Virus record (IMG/VR): IMGVR_UViG_3300044297_000138
Location: 110,536-174,535 of that record
Strand: one strand, 5' to 3'
Origin: a virus
Lineage: Duplodnaviria; Caudoviricetes
Length of the DNA stretch: 64,000 nucleotides
The first letter of the stretch is position 1, and each line of letters starts with the position of its first letter. The translations under genes were made by a program, and so were the position numbers. The notes beneath the pieces are model-generated. The model did not search any database, was not told where the DNA came from, and saw only the letters and a list, made by a program, of their open reading frames with translations. Below are positions 18,862 through 28,861 of this stretch, one piece after another.

Positions 18862-19725
18862 ATGATTCTCGTTGATTTGAACCAAGTCTTGCTTGCAGGC
18901 CTGATGGCACAGATTGCCAACCAGAAACCAAAGGTTAATTTGGAAGAAGGCCTAGTTAGGCATATGGTACTGAATATCATTAGGACTCACCTAAGAAACT
19001 TCCGTGAACAATACGGTGAAGTTGTGTTGTGTTGTGACAACCGCAAATACTGGCGTAAGGATTTCTTTCCTTTCTATAAGGCACACCGAAAGAAAGCCAG
19101 AGAAAAGTCTGATTTGGATTGGCATCTGATTTTTGATATGTTGGCCAAGTTTAAATTGGAACTTAAAGAGAATTTTCCATACAAGGTAATTGATGTTGAA
19201 GGTGCCGAAGCCGATGATATCATTGGTACACTTGCACCAAGACATGTCATGCATGAAGATGTATTGATTATTTCCAGTGATGGTGATTTTTTGCAATTAC
19301 AAATGTATAATGGCCGCAGTCAATATACAATCAAACAATATAATCCCGCACAGAAGAAATTTGTGATATCCCACGATCCTGTAAAAGAGTTGAAAATGAA
19401 AATTATCAACGGAGATTCTGGTGATGGCATTCCAAATATACTATCGTCAAGTGACACTTTCGTTACCGGTCAAAGACAAAAACGCATGACCGAACAAAAG
19501 ATGGAAAAATATCTAAATGAAGAATATGTAAACTACGATACGATTGCAAATACTGGTTTTGCTCGCAATCAGGTATTGATTGACTTGAGAAACATTCCGA
19601 ATGATATCAAAGACAAAATTATAAATATGTATGACGAAACAAAGCCAGCATCAAAAAACAAAATGTTGGATTACTTTATTGCTAACAAACTTAAAAATTT
19701 GATGGAAGTTATTGAGGAATTTTAA
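18862..19725 (+). CDS. rnh: T4-like RNase H / 5'-3' exonuclease
   Basis: ILVD, YKAHR, EADDIIG, SSDGDF, GDSGDGIPN motifs. Confidence 0.92.
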   Translation: MILVDLNQVLLAGLMAQIANQKPKVNLEEGLVRHMVLNIIRTHLRNFREQYGEVVLCCDNRKYWRKDFFPFYKAHRKKAREKSDLDWHLIFDMLAKFKLELKENFPYKVIDVEGAEADDIIGTLAPRHVMHEDVLIISSDGDFLQLQMYNGRSQYTIKQYNPAQKKFVISHDPVKELKMKIINGDSGDGIPNILSSSDTFVTGQRQKRMTEQKMEKYLNEEYVNYDTIANTGFARNQVLIDLRNIPNDIKDKIINMYDETKPASKNKMLDYFIANKLKNLMEVIEEF

Positions 19726-20150
19726 TGAAACCACTTTATGAAGTTTTTGATGAATTTGAAAAAGCCACGACTAAACAAGAAAGAATGGATATCGTTGGCC
19801 GAAATTTATCGCAAACATTGGTAGATGTACTAAAATTAACTTTTCATCCTGACTACAAATGGAAAGTTAAAGGCCTTCCCGAAAATTATAGGATACCAGA
19901 TGATGTTTTGCCTGGTCTAACCTATGATACATTGAATTCACAAATTCGTAGATTGTATCTTTTTCAAGAAGGTAACAATACAGCAGAACAATTAACCGAA
20001 AGAAGAAGAACAGAATTATTGTTTCAAATTTTAAATTCACTAGAGCCCCGTGAAGCTGAAATTATTATGGGCATCTTTTCAAAAGATCAAGGTGTAAAAG
20101 GTTTAAATTATAAATTTGTAAAAGAGGCTTTTCCACAAATGCTTCCATGA
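19725..20150 (+). CDS. Conserved T4-like hypothetical protein (DUF6433-like)
   Basis: Typical rnh neighbour (LP.G...E.LF.Q.L..L...EA...V.EAFP); TATAAATA at 19620-19627. Confidence 0.55.
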   Translation: MKPLYEVFDEFEKATTKQERMDIVGRNLSQTLVDVLKLTFHPDYKWKVKGLPENYRIPDDVLPGLTYDTLNSQIRRLYLFQEGNNTAEQLTERRRTELLFQILNSLEPREAEIIMGIFSKDQGVKGLNYKFVKEAFPQMLP

Positions 20151-20515
20151 ACAAAGATAGAATCATCGTCACATCAGGAATATTTGATCCACTCACATTA
20201 AAAGAACTACGATTTCTCCAGAAATGCAAAAATAAAGGAGATTGGTTAATCGTAGGAATATATTCTGATATCAATCTACACATGAGAACAGGCTATCTAA
20301 ATCAAAACTACGAAACACGCCGAGAAATTATTGAAGAACTAAGGTGTGTTGATGAAGTTTTTAGATTCCATGATGGTGATGGTACGGTTTGCAATTTATT
20401 AAAATTAGTTAAGTTCTGTTATCCCTTGTCAGACATAACTTATATCACAGATTCCGATATGCATAATATGCCGGAAACTAAAATCAAGGGAATAAATTTT
20501 GAAGTATTAAAGTAA
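20147..20515 (+). CDS. Cytidylyltransferase-like protein (TagD/RfaE fold), degenerate active site
   Basis: TSGIFDPL...GDWLIVGIYSD...LRCVDEV; the HxGH motif is replaced by TLKE. Confidence 0.65.
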   Translation: MNKDRIIVTSGIFDPLTLKELRFLQKCKNKGDWLIVGIYSDINLHMRTGYLNQNYETRREIIEELRCVDEVFRFHDGDGTVCNLLKLVKFCYPLSDITYITDSDMHNMPETKIKGINFEVLK

Positions 20516-20524
20516 GGAGTTTTT

Positions 20525-20722
20525 GTGTCAAAATTTGTTGCAAAGTTTCGTAAAGACAGAGACTATAGCGATGATTCATACTACGGTAATTTTTCCAAGA
20601 AAAATGAGAATCGTAGTAATAGAACCAAAAAATTAATTAAATATGATAATGATGCATATCTATCGGAATACGAAAGTGAATTCGTAAAACCCGCTAGAAA
20701 AAAAGCAAAACGATTTGATTAA
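20525..20722 (+). CDS. Small basic hypothetical protein
   Basis: GTG start with SD aaggag. Confidence 0.5.
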   Translation: MSKFVAKFRKDRDYSDDSYYGNFSKKNENRSNRTKKLIKYDNDAYLSEYESEFVKPARKKAKRFD

Positions 20723-20754
20723 TCCTTACTTGTTGTAAAAATACAACACCATTG

Positions 20755-20783
20755 TTGACAAGTATCATCAATTCAGATATAAT
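20755..20783 (+). promoter_or_regulatory. sigma70-type early promoter
   Basis: TTGACA-17-TATAAT, preceded by the palindrome TGTTGTA-AAAA-TACAACA (20731-20748). Confidence 0.8.
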
Positions 20784-20810
20784 AGAGTTATCTGTTTTGG
20801 AGATATTTCA

Positions 20811-21143
20811 ATGATGATTCACACCTATACTCGCAAATCCAAAAAGCGCAAGCCTAATGCAGCTCAGCGCCAGCTGGCGGCCGAGTGGGATTCTATTGTG
20901 AAAAAATATGAACCCCAAAAACCCATCAAAACAAATATTGAACCTTGGACTCAAACCAAGTCTTATGTTCGGCAAACACCGTATTACCCTTCATTAAATA
21001 CAGGTATGGGTGTTGCAACTAAATCCAATACAAAAGTATATACTGGTGATAAAATGATTGGTATCGCCACCCTACACAAATCCAATGCTGTTCCTGTTTT
21101 TAATAGTGAAGATGCCGTGGATATTTCTAAAATGAGGCGTTAA
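20811..21143 (+). CDS. Conserved T4-like hypothetical protein
   Basis: YTG..MIGIATLHKSNAVPV...DISKMRR C-terminus. Confidence 0.6.
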   Translation: MMIHTYTRKSKKRKPNAAQRQLAAEWDSIVKKYEPQKPIKTNIEPWTQTKSYVRQTPYYPSLNTGMGVATKSNTKVYTGDKMIGIATLHKSNAVPVFNSEDAVDISKMRR

Positions 21144-21256
21144 AATGAAAGAGAAAATGTCGTTTGTTGTAAAATTACAACGTCCTGTTTGTCGGACACC
21201 AATTAAACCTGTACAAAAACACAAAGTTGATGTAAAATACTCCCGTAAGGTGAAAC

Positions 21257-21436
21257 ATGCAGCAAAAAACTTGGATCGGTGATATCATTGAAGTTAATGA
21301 CGGCACAGGAGATGCAATATTGCAATTTCCTGATGACTTTATTGCTGAGGTCGGTTGGAAAGAAGGCACCGAATTAAATCTTGAATTGCGAGAAACACCT
21401 ACAGGCAATGTTATTGTTATTACGGAGAAAAAATAA
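21257..21436 (+). CDS. AbrB/MazE-like small DNA-binding protein (not in ORF track)
   Basis: Translates as MQQKTWIGDIIEVNDGTGDAILQFPDDFIAEVGWKEGTELNLELRETPTGNVIVITEKK; GW.EG motif. Confidence 0.6.
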   Translation: MQQKTWIGDIIEVNDGTGDAILQFPDDFIAEVGWKEGTELNLELRETPTGNVIVITEKK

Positions 21437-23682
21437 TGTCTAAGTTTGATTCAAAATCACTTTTGGCTAAATTGATGGCCACCGAAAACCTATACGTGGA
21501 ACAGGCGAATGTACCTACGGCCAGTTTTGATGTATTGAATCGTATTCTGACCGTTCCTATTCTTGATTCCAATCTATCCGGTGAACTTTATGATCTATTC
21601 ATCGGTCACGAAGTTGGTCACGCTCTTTATACTCCTGTTGAAGAAATGGCAGAAGCCAAAAATTCTGGTGTTCACATGTCAATTTTAAATGTATGTGAAG
21701 ATTACCGTATTGAACGCAAAATCAAATACAAATATCCTGGTCTAAAAAACTGCTTTGTTAAAGCTTACAAAGAGTTGATGGAAAAAGATTTCTTTGAAAC
21801 CAAAGATAAAGATTTGCAGGAAATGAATTTTATTGACCGGATGAATTTGCATCACAAAGTTGGTCCAATTCTAGGCATTAAATTTACGGATTTTGAGCGT
21901 GAACTTGTTTCCGAAGTTGAATCCGCAGAAAAATATAGCGAAATTATTGAAGTTGCGAAAAAAATTGCTTCTTATATGAAAGAAGAATTGGAAAATATGC
22001 AACAAGAACAAGAAAAAATGAAAATTCTTGTTTTAACTGATGATCCAAATGTTGCCGGCGAGCAAAATGAGCAAAATGAAGAAGAAAAAATTGAAGAATA
22101 TGATGTAATTATTGATGCTCGCTCAGGAAATTCAGAAAATAATGATGAAAACGGCGAAGAAAAGCAAAATTCTAGTTCTTCCGGTGAAATTGAAGAATCA
22201 AAAGCCGGTGAAAATGAAACCGGTGAAGAATCCAATGCAATGAGTGATTCTTCCGGCAATCCTGGTCAAGGCGGTTCAACAGAATCGTCAGCTGGATCTG
22301 GTGCAGGCATTAATTCTAAGGCAAAAGAGCTTACAGAAGATGATTTGAAATCACATACTGACGAAGCATACAATCGGAATCAAAATAAATTGTATTCCCA
22401 AGAAAATGCCACAATGTCATATGCATCGGTTCCTAAATTCAATACTAATCGGATCTATGATTACAAAAAATTGTATACTGATTATGTTGAAGAAGGATAT
22501 ACTGTAGCCACAAAACATTTCAACAAATACAAAACAGAAGCCAATAAAGTGGTTTCATATCTTGTCAAAGAATTTGAACTGCGTAAAAATGCGGATCAAA
22601 TGAAACGTGCATCTGTTGCTAAAACGGGTGAACTGAATCTCAACAAGATTTATGCATACAATTTTAGCGAAGATATCTTCAAACGAATGTCAATCATTCC
22701 TGAAGGCAAATCACACGGCCTTATCATGTATCTTGATTGGTCTGGTTCTATGGTTCGCCATCTCGGTAACACCGTAAAACAATTAATGAACTTGGCCATG
22801 TTCTGCCGTAAAGTAAATATTCCTTTTGAAGTATATGCTTTCATAGATAACACCAAAGATGAATACATGAGTGAAATGAAATATCAAAACGGTGACCTTG
22901 AATGTCATAAATTTGGTTTGTTGAATTTGCTTTCAAGCAGAATGTCAAATCGTGATTTCACTATTGCTTGTGGTGCTTTAATGAATATTGCTGGTCTTGG
23001 TCATAGTTATCGTGTAGGCCTTGGTCCTCTTTGGATGAATCTATCAGGAACTCCTTTGAATGAGGCAGTTATTTCTGCTATGGAAATTGTTCCTGAATTC
23101 CAAAAGAAAAATGGCCTTCAAATTGTGAATACGGTATTCTTAACTGATGGTGAAGGTTCTTATTTGAGTGGTGTTCACCAAGATAGACTAGGAATGAAAA
23201 CAAATAGTTTGCACCGTGGTAGAGGTTATGTTGTGCTTCGTGATCCAAAAACCCGTCACGAAGAAAAATATAACTTGGCTGATTCAATTTCAATGGGACA
23301 AACTAATGCACTTGTTCGTTTGTTAAAACACCGCACCGGTGCTCATGTGATTGGTTTCTATGTTGCTGATACCGGTGAATTTAAAAACAAAATCAGATAT
23401 TTGTATGATATTCCAAAAGATGATTTGGGTTACTATAATCTACATGAAATTGACAGAATCAAATCCGAGTTTGTGAAAAACAAATACGCCATTTCCACAA
23501 ATACTGGATTTGATGATTATTACATTTTGCGTGGCGCCAGTCTAGATACAGATGATGATGCCGAATTGGAGTTCAAAGAAAATGCCACAACCCGTGGTAT
23601 GGTATCTGCCTTTAGCAAATATGCAGGCAATCGTTTGAACAATCGTATCATTCTAAACAAATTCATTTCTTGGATTGCATAA
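21436..23682 (+). CDS. Metallopeptidase-like (HExxH) plus vWA domain protein (CobT-like partner of CobS)
   Basis: HEVGH, acidic linker, DWSGS MIDAS, GTP, LTDGE. Confidence 0.8.
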   Translation: MSKFDSKSLLAKLMATENLYVEQANVPTASFDVLNRILTVPILDSNLSGELYDLFIGHEVGHALYTPVEEMAEAKNSGVHMSILNVCEDYRIERKIKYKYPGLKNCFVKAYKELMEKDFFETKDKDLQEMNFIDRMNLHHKVGPILGIKFTDFERELVSEVESAEKYSEIIEVAKKIASYMKEELENMQQEQEKMKILVLTDDPNVAGEQNEQNEEEKIEEYDVIIDARSGNSENNDENGEEKQNSSSSGEIEESKAGENETGEESNAMSDSSGNPGQGGSTESSAGSGAGINSKAKELTEDDLKSHTDEAYNRNQNKLYSQENATMSYASVPKFNTNRIYDYKKLYTDYVEEGYTVATKHFNKYKTEANKVVSYLVKEFELRKNADQMKRASVAKTGELNLNKIYAYNFSEDIFKRMSIIPEGKSHGLIMYLDWSGSMVRHLGNTVKQLMNLAMFCRKVNIPFEVYAFIDNTKDEYMSEMKYQNGDLECHKFGLLNLLSSRMSNRDFTIACGALMNIAGLGHSYRVGLGPLWMNLSGTPLNEAVISAMEIVPEFQKKNGLQIVNTVFLTDGEGSYLSGVHQDRLGMKTNSLHRGRGYVVLRDPKTRHEEKYNLADSISMGQTNALVRLLKHRTGAHVIGFYVADTGEFKNKIRYLYDIPKDDLGYYNLHEIDRIKSEFVKNKYAISTNTGFDDYYILRGASLDTDDDAELEFKENATTRGMVSAFSKYAGNRLNNRIILNKFISWIA

Positions 23683-23691
23683 GGAGATTTT

Positions 23692-23916
23692 ATGATTAAC
23701 TATTCTGAATTTTACAATGGTGACCGTAAGGCCACAGTCACAATGATTGACACACATTGGGACAAATCATTTATTAAGTGGGAAGTCACCATGTATGTCA
23801 ATGATAGAATCATTGAAAAAAGAACGATCAGTTCAGAATCTTTGGCTGAAAATTTGGCCGAAGATTTTGTAAATGGTGGTTATGATAGCCGTTCATTATT
23901 GAATGAAAGTAACTGA
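23692..23916 (+). CDS. Hypothetical protein
   Basis: SD aaggag; AENLAEDFV. Confidence 0.55.
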   Translation: MINYSEFYNGDRKATVTMIDTHWDKSFIKWEVTMYVNDRIIEKRTISSESLAENLAEDFVNGGYDSRSLLNESN

Positions 23917-24191
23917 TGAATAATCAAATGAAAGAAATTTTCTGTATTGCACAGGAAGAATGTGCTGAGGTCACTCAGGCCATTTCCAAAGTGTTTCGTT
24001 TTGGTATTGATAATCACAAACCTGGACAAGACAAAACAAACAAGCAACACCTAGAAGAAGAAGTGGGTGATTTGTTGGCCATGGTTGACATTATGGTGGA
24101 AAAGTGTATAATCTCTGATAATGCTGTTAATGCAGCAAGAAAAGCTAAACGTGAAAAGTTGAAACGATGGTCAACGATTGAAGGTCTATGA
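23916..24191 (+). CDS. MazG-like nucleotide pyrophosphohydrolase
   Basis: EECAE...EEVGD ExxE/ExxD motifs. Confidence 0.75.
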   Translation: MNNQMKEIFCIAQEECAEVTQAISKVFRFGIDNHKPGQDKTNKQHLEEEVGDLLAMVDIMVEKCIISDNAVNAARKAKREKLKRWSTIEGL

Positions 24192-24491
24192 CAGACGAAG
24201 AATTGATCTATCACTACAATCGTATGGTAGAAATTTGGGGTGACAGGCTTCCTAATCTAGAACAGGAACCGATTCGCTTTGCTTATTATGTGAAACTCTA
24301 TAGGATGTATTATGTTGAAACTAATTGATTTTCTTATCTTTGGTTGTTGGCACCGTTGGCAAATCAAAGAACAATTCAATGTTAAAGAAGGTACTCATTA
24401 TGTTGGTACAGCCTATGTCTGCCAATGTCAGAAATGCGGTAAGCCTCAACGGTTCAACTGCTATTAATTTTCCAGCGCTTCCGGAGTTATT

Positions 24492-24982
24492 ATGAAAAAA
24501 TACGAAAAATTTGAGGATTGGTTTGACGAAATGGAAATCACCGCTGACCGTTCTGACCGGTTCTACGATGAAATGAAATACATGACGTATCAAAGAGCAG
24601 TCGAATGGTTAAGAGCCGCATGGGATTGTGCCAGAGAAGAATTCTGTCCGTACTGTGCCAGTGTAGAGCTAGGCGAAGTAATTTTTGACCAGAACTGTCC
24701 TAGTTGCGTAGAACGTATGTCAAAGTTTGCAGATAGAGTTAAATGACGGAGACAAAGGCCAAGAAACCTGCACCATACTATAAGGTTCATGTGGTGATGA
24801 AAACAGGTTTCAAATACAAGTTTGTGTGTATCGGTAGAAATTTACAAAGTATGCTGAACCACACCAATAGTTTCTACTGGACAGAATCTACGAAGCATGA
24901 AGAAATTCCAGAGCAGGAATACCGAGATTTTTATTCTGTGGGTTTAGAGGAAGAGAAACCGAAAAGGAAAAAGAAAAAGTGA
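24492..24982 (+). CDS. Two small hypothetical proteins (24492-24746, 24743-24982)
   Basis: Coupled ORFs with SD sequences. Confidence 0.5.
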
Positions 24983-25089
24983 AGTATGTTTTTATGGCTT
25001 TGAATGCCATCATACTTTTTCTATGGATGTTAGTAATGTTTGGATTTTTAACCGTAGTTGTGAGTATGGTCTACGGTATGATTGTTCAA

Positions 25090-25293
25090 TCAATTAAATG
25101 ATTGATTCTTTCTGGAGTATTCATTGATCCAGTATTCAACATCGGCGGTGCTCTGTGGTGCCTTGGAAGCAACGAAAGTTTCCATATCTTGCTTCAGAGA
25201 AACATTGGCCAGTTTATCAATATCCAAAGAAAGCTTACCAGTCACTATTAACGCAACGATATACATGGAAAGAACTATAATTGGAAATAACAT
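25090..25293 (-). CDS. Small membrane-anchored hypothetical protein on the opposite strand
   Basis: N-terminal TM; fills an otherwise empty gap. Confidence 0.55.
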   Translation of the reverse strand: MLFPIIVLSMYIVALIVTGKLSLDIDKLANVSLKQDMETFVASKAPQSTADVEYWINEYSRKNQSFN

Positions 25294-25374
25294 TTGATTT
25301 ACCCTATATTAGTGTTTATACTAATATGTATCCATAAATGATGCACCGCAACAACAATTTAGAGAGCAATATCT

Positions 25375-26139
25375 ATGAGAAATGACCAACTTTATATTTA
25401 CAGCCTAATACTAGAGAAATACCTCCAAGATATGGAAATAGAAGTATTGACTTACCATGTGATGGAAAGATTCAAACTGGTAGAAAAGGACGAAATCTGG
25501 CCAGATAAGATTACACTACCATTACCATTCACACCGTTGCCACAAAGCAACACATGCCCCCTATGTTGGATTGACTTGAATACCACCATGTGTTATACTT
25601 GTATTAATCCCAAATGCCCAACCGGAATGGGACCACTCATGTGCAAGGCTTAACATGGACTTCCTAGAATCTTTTTTCACAATTTCGGTATACAACCTCA
25701 ATCTATTCAGTTTCATACTGGGTATGCTGTGGTGCATGATGAACATGACATCCTTTGGTAACCAGAAATCAATATGGTCTCAGATTCTACTTTATACCAT
25801 CGGTGTTGCAGTCTACTATTATTGTAAATCAAAAGGTTTGATCCAATGAGTGGAAAATACTATGTCGTTTGTGGTAATCAGAATGAATTTAATGAGTTTA
25901 TCAAAAGGAAAGCTTTTGAGTTATTCGGCCAAGGAAATACCTCTATAAGCCTTTCACAATTCGTACATGTGGATAGTGTGGAAAAAATTAGAGGAATACA
26001 CGAACCGACCGGATGGTTCTATGGTACCTGGAAGAATAATCCAAATATTGAAGTTATTATGATTGCACTTGCAGGTTCTCTTAACGGTATCAGACTACGA
26101 AACATTCAGAATCTTTGGAAGGAATACAGAAAAGGATGA
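25375..26139 (+). CDS. Three small hypothetical proteins (25375-25653, 25655-25849, 25846-26139)
   Basis: Tightly packed ORFs; the first has CxxC...CxxxxC. Confidence 0.45.
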
Positions 26140-26735
26140 AAGTATATTTTATTTTAGATTCCGCATCCAATGCTGTAAAGGTTGGTAAAGCCAATAACAT
26201 ACAAGAAAGAATGTCAGACCTACAAACTGGCAATCCAAATACATTGAAATTGATCCATCAAATTGAGTGTGAATCCGAAAAACAAAGTTTTCTATTGGAA
26301 CAAACATTACATAAAAAATTGCAAGGTATTAGATTAATTGGTGAATGGTTCAGATATGATGAATCCATCTTTGCAGATTTTTTTGATGATAAATTGAATT
26401 TTGAAAGAACAATTAAACGGGAATCACTTGAATGGGAAACTTTGTTTGGTACAGAATCTTTTGGTTTAAAAGATTTTCCATGTTGTTTCTTTTATCCAAA
26501 CTTAACTGCACAAATAATGTTAAGTTATGAGGACTCTGTGGGAAAGAGAGTTCCGTTTAGAACAATGAAATACCCCACAGATGGCAAACAGATGCTTCTT
26601 CCTTATTCCATGGAAAAAGATAAAGTATTCATATCCGATAGAAAACACAAAGAGAACCTAAAATTGAAAAAATTCCTAAAATCACAGGAAATTCAAAATT
26701 CTCAGGTTTCTCCCCTAGAAAAATTTTTAGATTAA
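26136..26735 (+). CDS. GIY-YIG-like nuclease (T5orf172/MUG113 type)
   Basis: VYFI...VKVG...RMSDLQTGNP...E..LH...GEWF. Confidence 0.8.
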   Translation: MKVYFILDSASNAVKVGKANNIQERMSDLQTGNPNTLKLIHQIECESEKQSFLLEQTLHKKLQGIRLIGEWFRYDESIFADFFDDKLNFERTIKRESLEWETLFGTESFGLKDFPCCFFYPNLTAQIMLSYEDSVGKRVPFRTMKYPTDGKQMLLPYSMEKDKVFISDRKHKENLKLKKFLKSQEIQNSQVSPLEKFLD

Positions 26736-26878
26736 CAAAAATCGAAAACCTTGGGCCGGCCCCAGAAAATAAAAAATAGGAAAAAAGAGTTTGACCTGGT
26801 GGAGCTTTTTTAGCTAAGCGGTCACTCCCCATGGCCGGCCCCCTCCAGCCCTAGTCAAAAAGTATTACACCAGTAGCC

Positions 26879-26904
26879 AAAAAAAAGGAGGCGCATAGGC
26901 CTCC
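26879..26904 (-). terminator. Rho-independent terminator of the reverse-strand block
   Basis: GGAGGC-6nt-GCCTCC stem with an A-run on its left (U-tail on the minus strand). Confidence 0.75.
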
Positions 26905-26950
26905 TGAGCAACCGATGAGCCGCCAGCATCCGCTGGTCTTACTGCTTATA

Positions 26951-27595
26951 TCAGGCCGCAACCGCTATCCGTATAACCTTGGCCATTTTCTTGCCGTGAG
27001 CGGGATAACCAATAACCGCTACATCCTTGGAGTAGCAGGCACGGCATGTAAGGCACTTGCCGCCTTGGTTATATGCCTGGCACACCGTGACACCAGCAGG
27101 TGCTGAGGTAGCATCAGGTAAAATGGTGGAGCCATGGACGCCAGGTGTGAAGGTGCCATCCACCGCATCGCTACTATAACGGACCATGACATTAGGTAAA
27201 GCTTGCATGGCTTTAAGCACTGCCTGGAATTTAGGGAATTTATACATCCGGGTGGGAAGCCAGTGCTTGGTGCCAGGAGTAGCTGTCATAATGGCCAGCA
27301 TTTTCTCAGCCAATTCCAAGCTATACATATCGCCGGAATCAAACCAGCGGAAATGGCTGTCCTTGGACAGAGCTTTCACCATATCAGCGGTCCAGCCGTC
27401 ACGCTGCCAGTCCGCCTTATTATCGGCACGGACAGCTTTCACGGGGCCAAAGTGGTACATGCCGGTGGTGGCGTAGCAACCAGAGCAAGCGGGAACCAGT
27501 GAACCGTCAGCGGCTTTGGAACCAGGGCAGGTTTCGAGAGCTTGCAGGGACCAGCTTTTGGTACCGAGCTTGGAGGTTTTTGAGAACTTGACCAT
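26951..27595 (-). CDS. GP88-family Cys-rich (Fe-S/radical-SAM-like) phage protein
   Basis: SWSL...TCPG...CSGCYA, FRWFDSGD, HWLPTR, CLTCRAC. Confidence 0.75.
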   Translation of the reverse strand: MVKFSKTSKLGTKSWSLQALETCPGSKAADGSLVPACSGCYATTGMYHFGPVKAVRADNKADWQRDGWTADMVKALSKDSHFRWFDSGDMYSLELAEKMLAIMTATPGTKHWLPTRMYKFPKFQAVLKAMQALPNVMVRYSSDAVDGTFTPGVHGSTILPDATSAPAGVTVCQAYNQGGKCLTCRACYSKDVAVIGYPAHGKKMAKVIRIAVAA

Positions 27596-27619
27596 GTATT
27601 TCCTTTCAACTATGGATGG

Positions 27620-27647
27620 AGTATACCATAACCAGTGAAAATGGCAA
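27620..27647 (-). promoter_or_regulatory. sigma70-type early promoter
   Basis: Minus strand TTGCCA-16-TATACT with extended TG; near-identical copy at 28143-28170. Confidence 0.8.
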
Positions 27648-27659
27648 CCTAATACTTTT

Positions 27660-28114
27660 TTATTCCACCTGGCTCAAGTGACAATCCGAATCCAGATAAT
27701 CCGGATCATTCTCCACGTATTCCTGTTGGATGAGCTCCACCCAATCCATTGGTACCTCATGCTTGGCGGTTATCTCAGCAAAGGAAAGCCGGCCGGCTAC
27801 TAGGTCTTCCTGGATATCCAGGACTAGGTTTGATATTTTGGACATAATTTTCTCCTTTAATTGGTTTGCTTGGCATCCATCATTTCCGAGAGGATATACT
27901 TGGCACGGTTCAAATACTGGCGGATGGTGTTATCAGCCTGTCCGTCAGGGAATGAACCAGCCATTTCCTGCAGCTCTTGGCAGTCCGAAAGGATACCCAT
28001 GACCACCATTTCCAGACCGGAGACCCGAGCGGTCAGGCCTTCCATGTATTCCCTGCGGATGCCCTCGGTGGACATGCCGTAGCATTGCTTTTCAAATTCG
28101 GTGATATTAGCCAT
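27660..28114 (-). CDS. Two small hypothetical proteins (27660-27845, 27857-28114)
   Basis: SD aggag/ggag; downstream of the promoter at 28143-28170. Confidence 0.6.
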
Positions 28115-28142
28115 AATTGCTCCGTTTGTTGACTATGGAAGG

Positions 28143-28170
28143 AGTATACCACAACCAGTGAAAATGGCAA
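28143..28170 (-). promoter_or_regulatory. sigma70-type early promoter
   Basis: Minus strand TTGCCA-16-TATACT with extended TG. Confidence 0.8.
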
Positions 28171-28214
28171 TGGTATACTTTAGTATTCCATCCAGGGGAT
28201 GGACAATGGCTTGC

Positions 28215-28451
28215 TTAATCCAGGAGGACCATGTAGGCTTTAGGGTTGAACCGGCGGAACCACTCCACACCGGTGCGGACGGTTTTGTAGTCTCCGAACC
28301 GCTCAGCACCCATGGTGATATCATACACCGTAACCTCCAGAGGGGTCAGCCATATGCTCTCACCAGAAAATGGATTGGTCACCTGTACCGGTTCCGTATC
28401 CACAACCACGCCACCCTCGAAGGGAAGCTTGTCAGCACTCATTTTAGCCAT
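28215..28451 (-). CDS. Hypothetical protein
   Basis: NPFSGE...WFRRFNPKAYMVLLD; SD GGAG supports the second Met. Confidence 0.6.
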   Translation of the reverse strand: MAKMSADKLPFEGGVVVDTEPVQVTNPFSGESIWLTPLEVTVYDITMGAERFGDYKTVRTGVEWFRRFNPKAYMVLLD

Positions 28452-28526
28452 TATGGTCTCCAATAGAAAATGTCCAACACCAACACCAAAGCTGCAGCCG
28501 CATATACGGCTGCCAGCACTTTTACC

Positions 28527-28832
28527 TTAAGCTGCAACAGCATGAGCAGCCTCCGCACCTTTATACACTACAGCCTTGCTGGGACGCTTGGCGGCTTTGA
28601 TAGCCTTAGTGCCTACAGGCTTGGCCTGCTTTTCAAGCAACCGCTGCAAGCGAGCCTGAGCACGGACGATAGCCTGCTCACGCTTTTCCTGACGGGCGGT
28701 GGCACGAGCTGCACGCTCTGCCGATTTAAGGATTTTAGCTTCCACACGGGCTTCCTTATGGAGCTGGCGGAGCGCCTTGATAATAACAGCCTGATCCTTC
28801 AGGCTCATGGCTTTGAATTCATCGGTCAACAT
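28527..28832 (-). CDS. Ala/Lys/Arg-rich basic coiled-coil protein
   Basis: SD aagga; first gene after the promoter at 28862-28889. Confidence 0.6.
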   Translation of the reverse strand: MLTDEFKAMSLKDQAVIIKALRQLHKEARVEAKILKSAERAARATARQEKREQAIVRAQARLQRLLEKQAKPVGTKAIKAAKRPSKAVVYKGAEAAHAVAA

Positions 28833-28861
28833 AAAATGTCCTTTCGTTTGTTGATGGTTGA

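Noticed and set aside
27611-28190. Roughly 40-bp direct repeats as CRISPR repeats or att sites
   Set aside because: Only two copies, about 520 bp apart, and both read as promoters upstream of genes.
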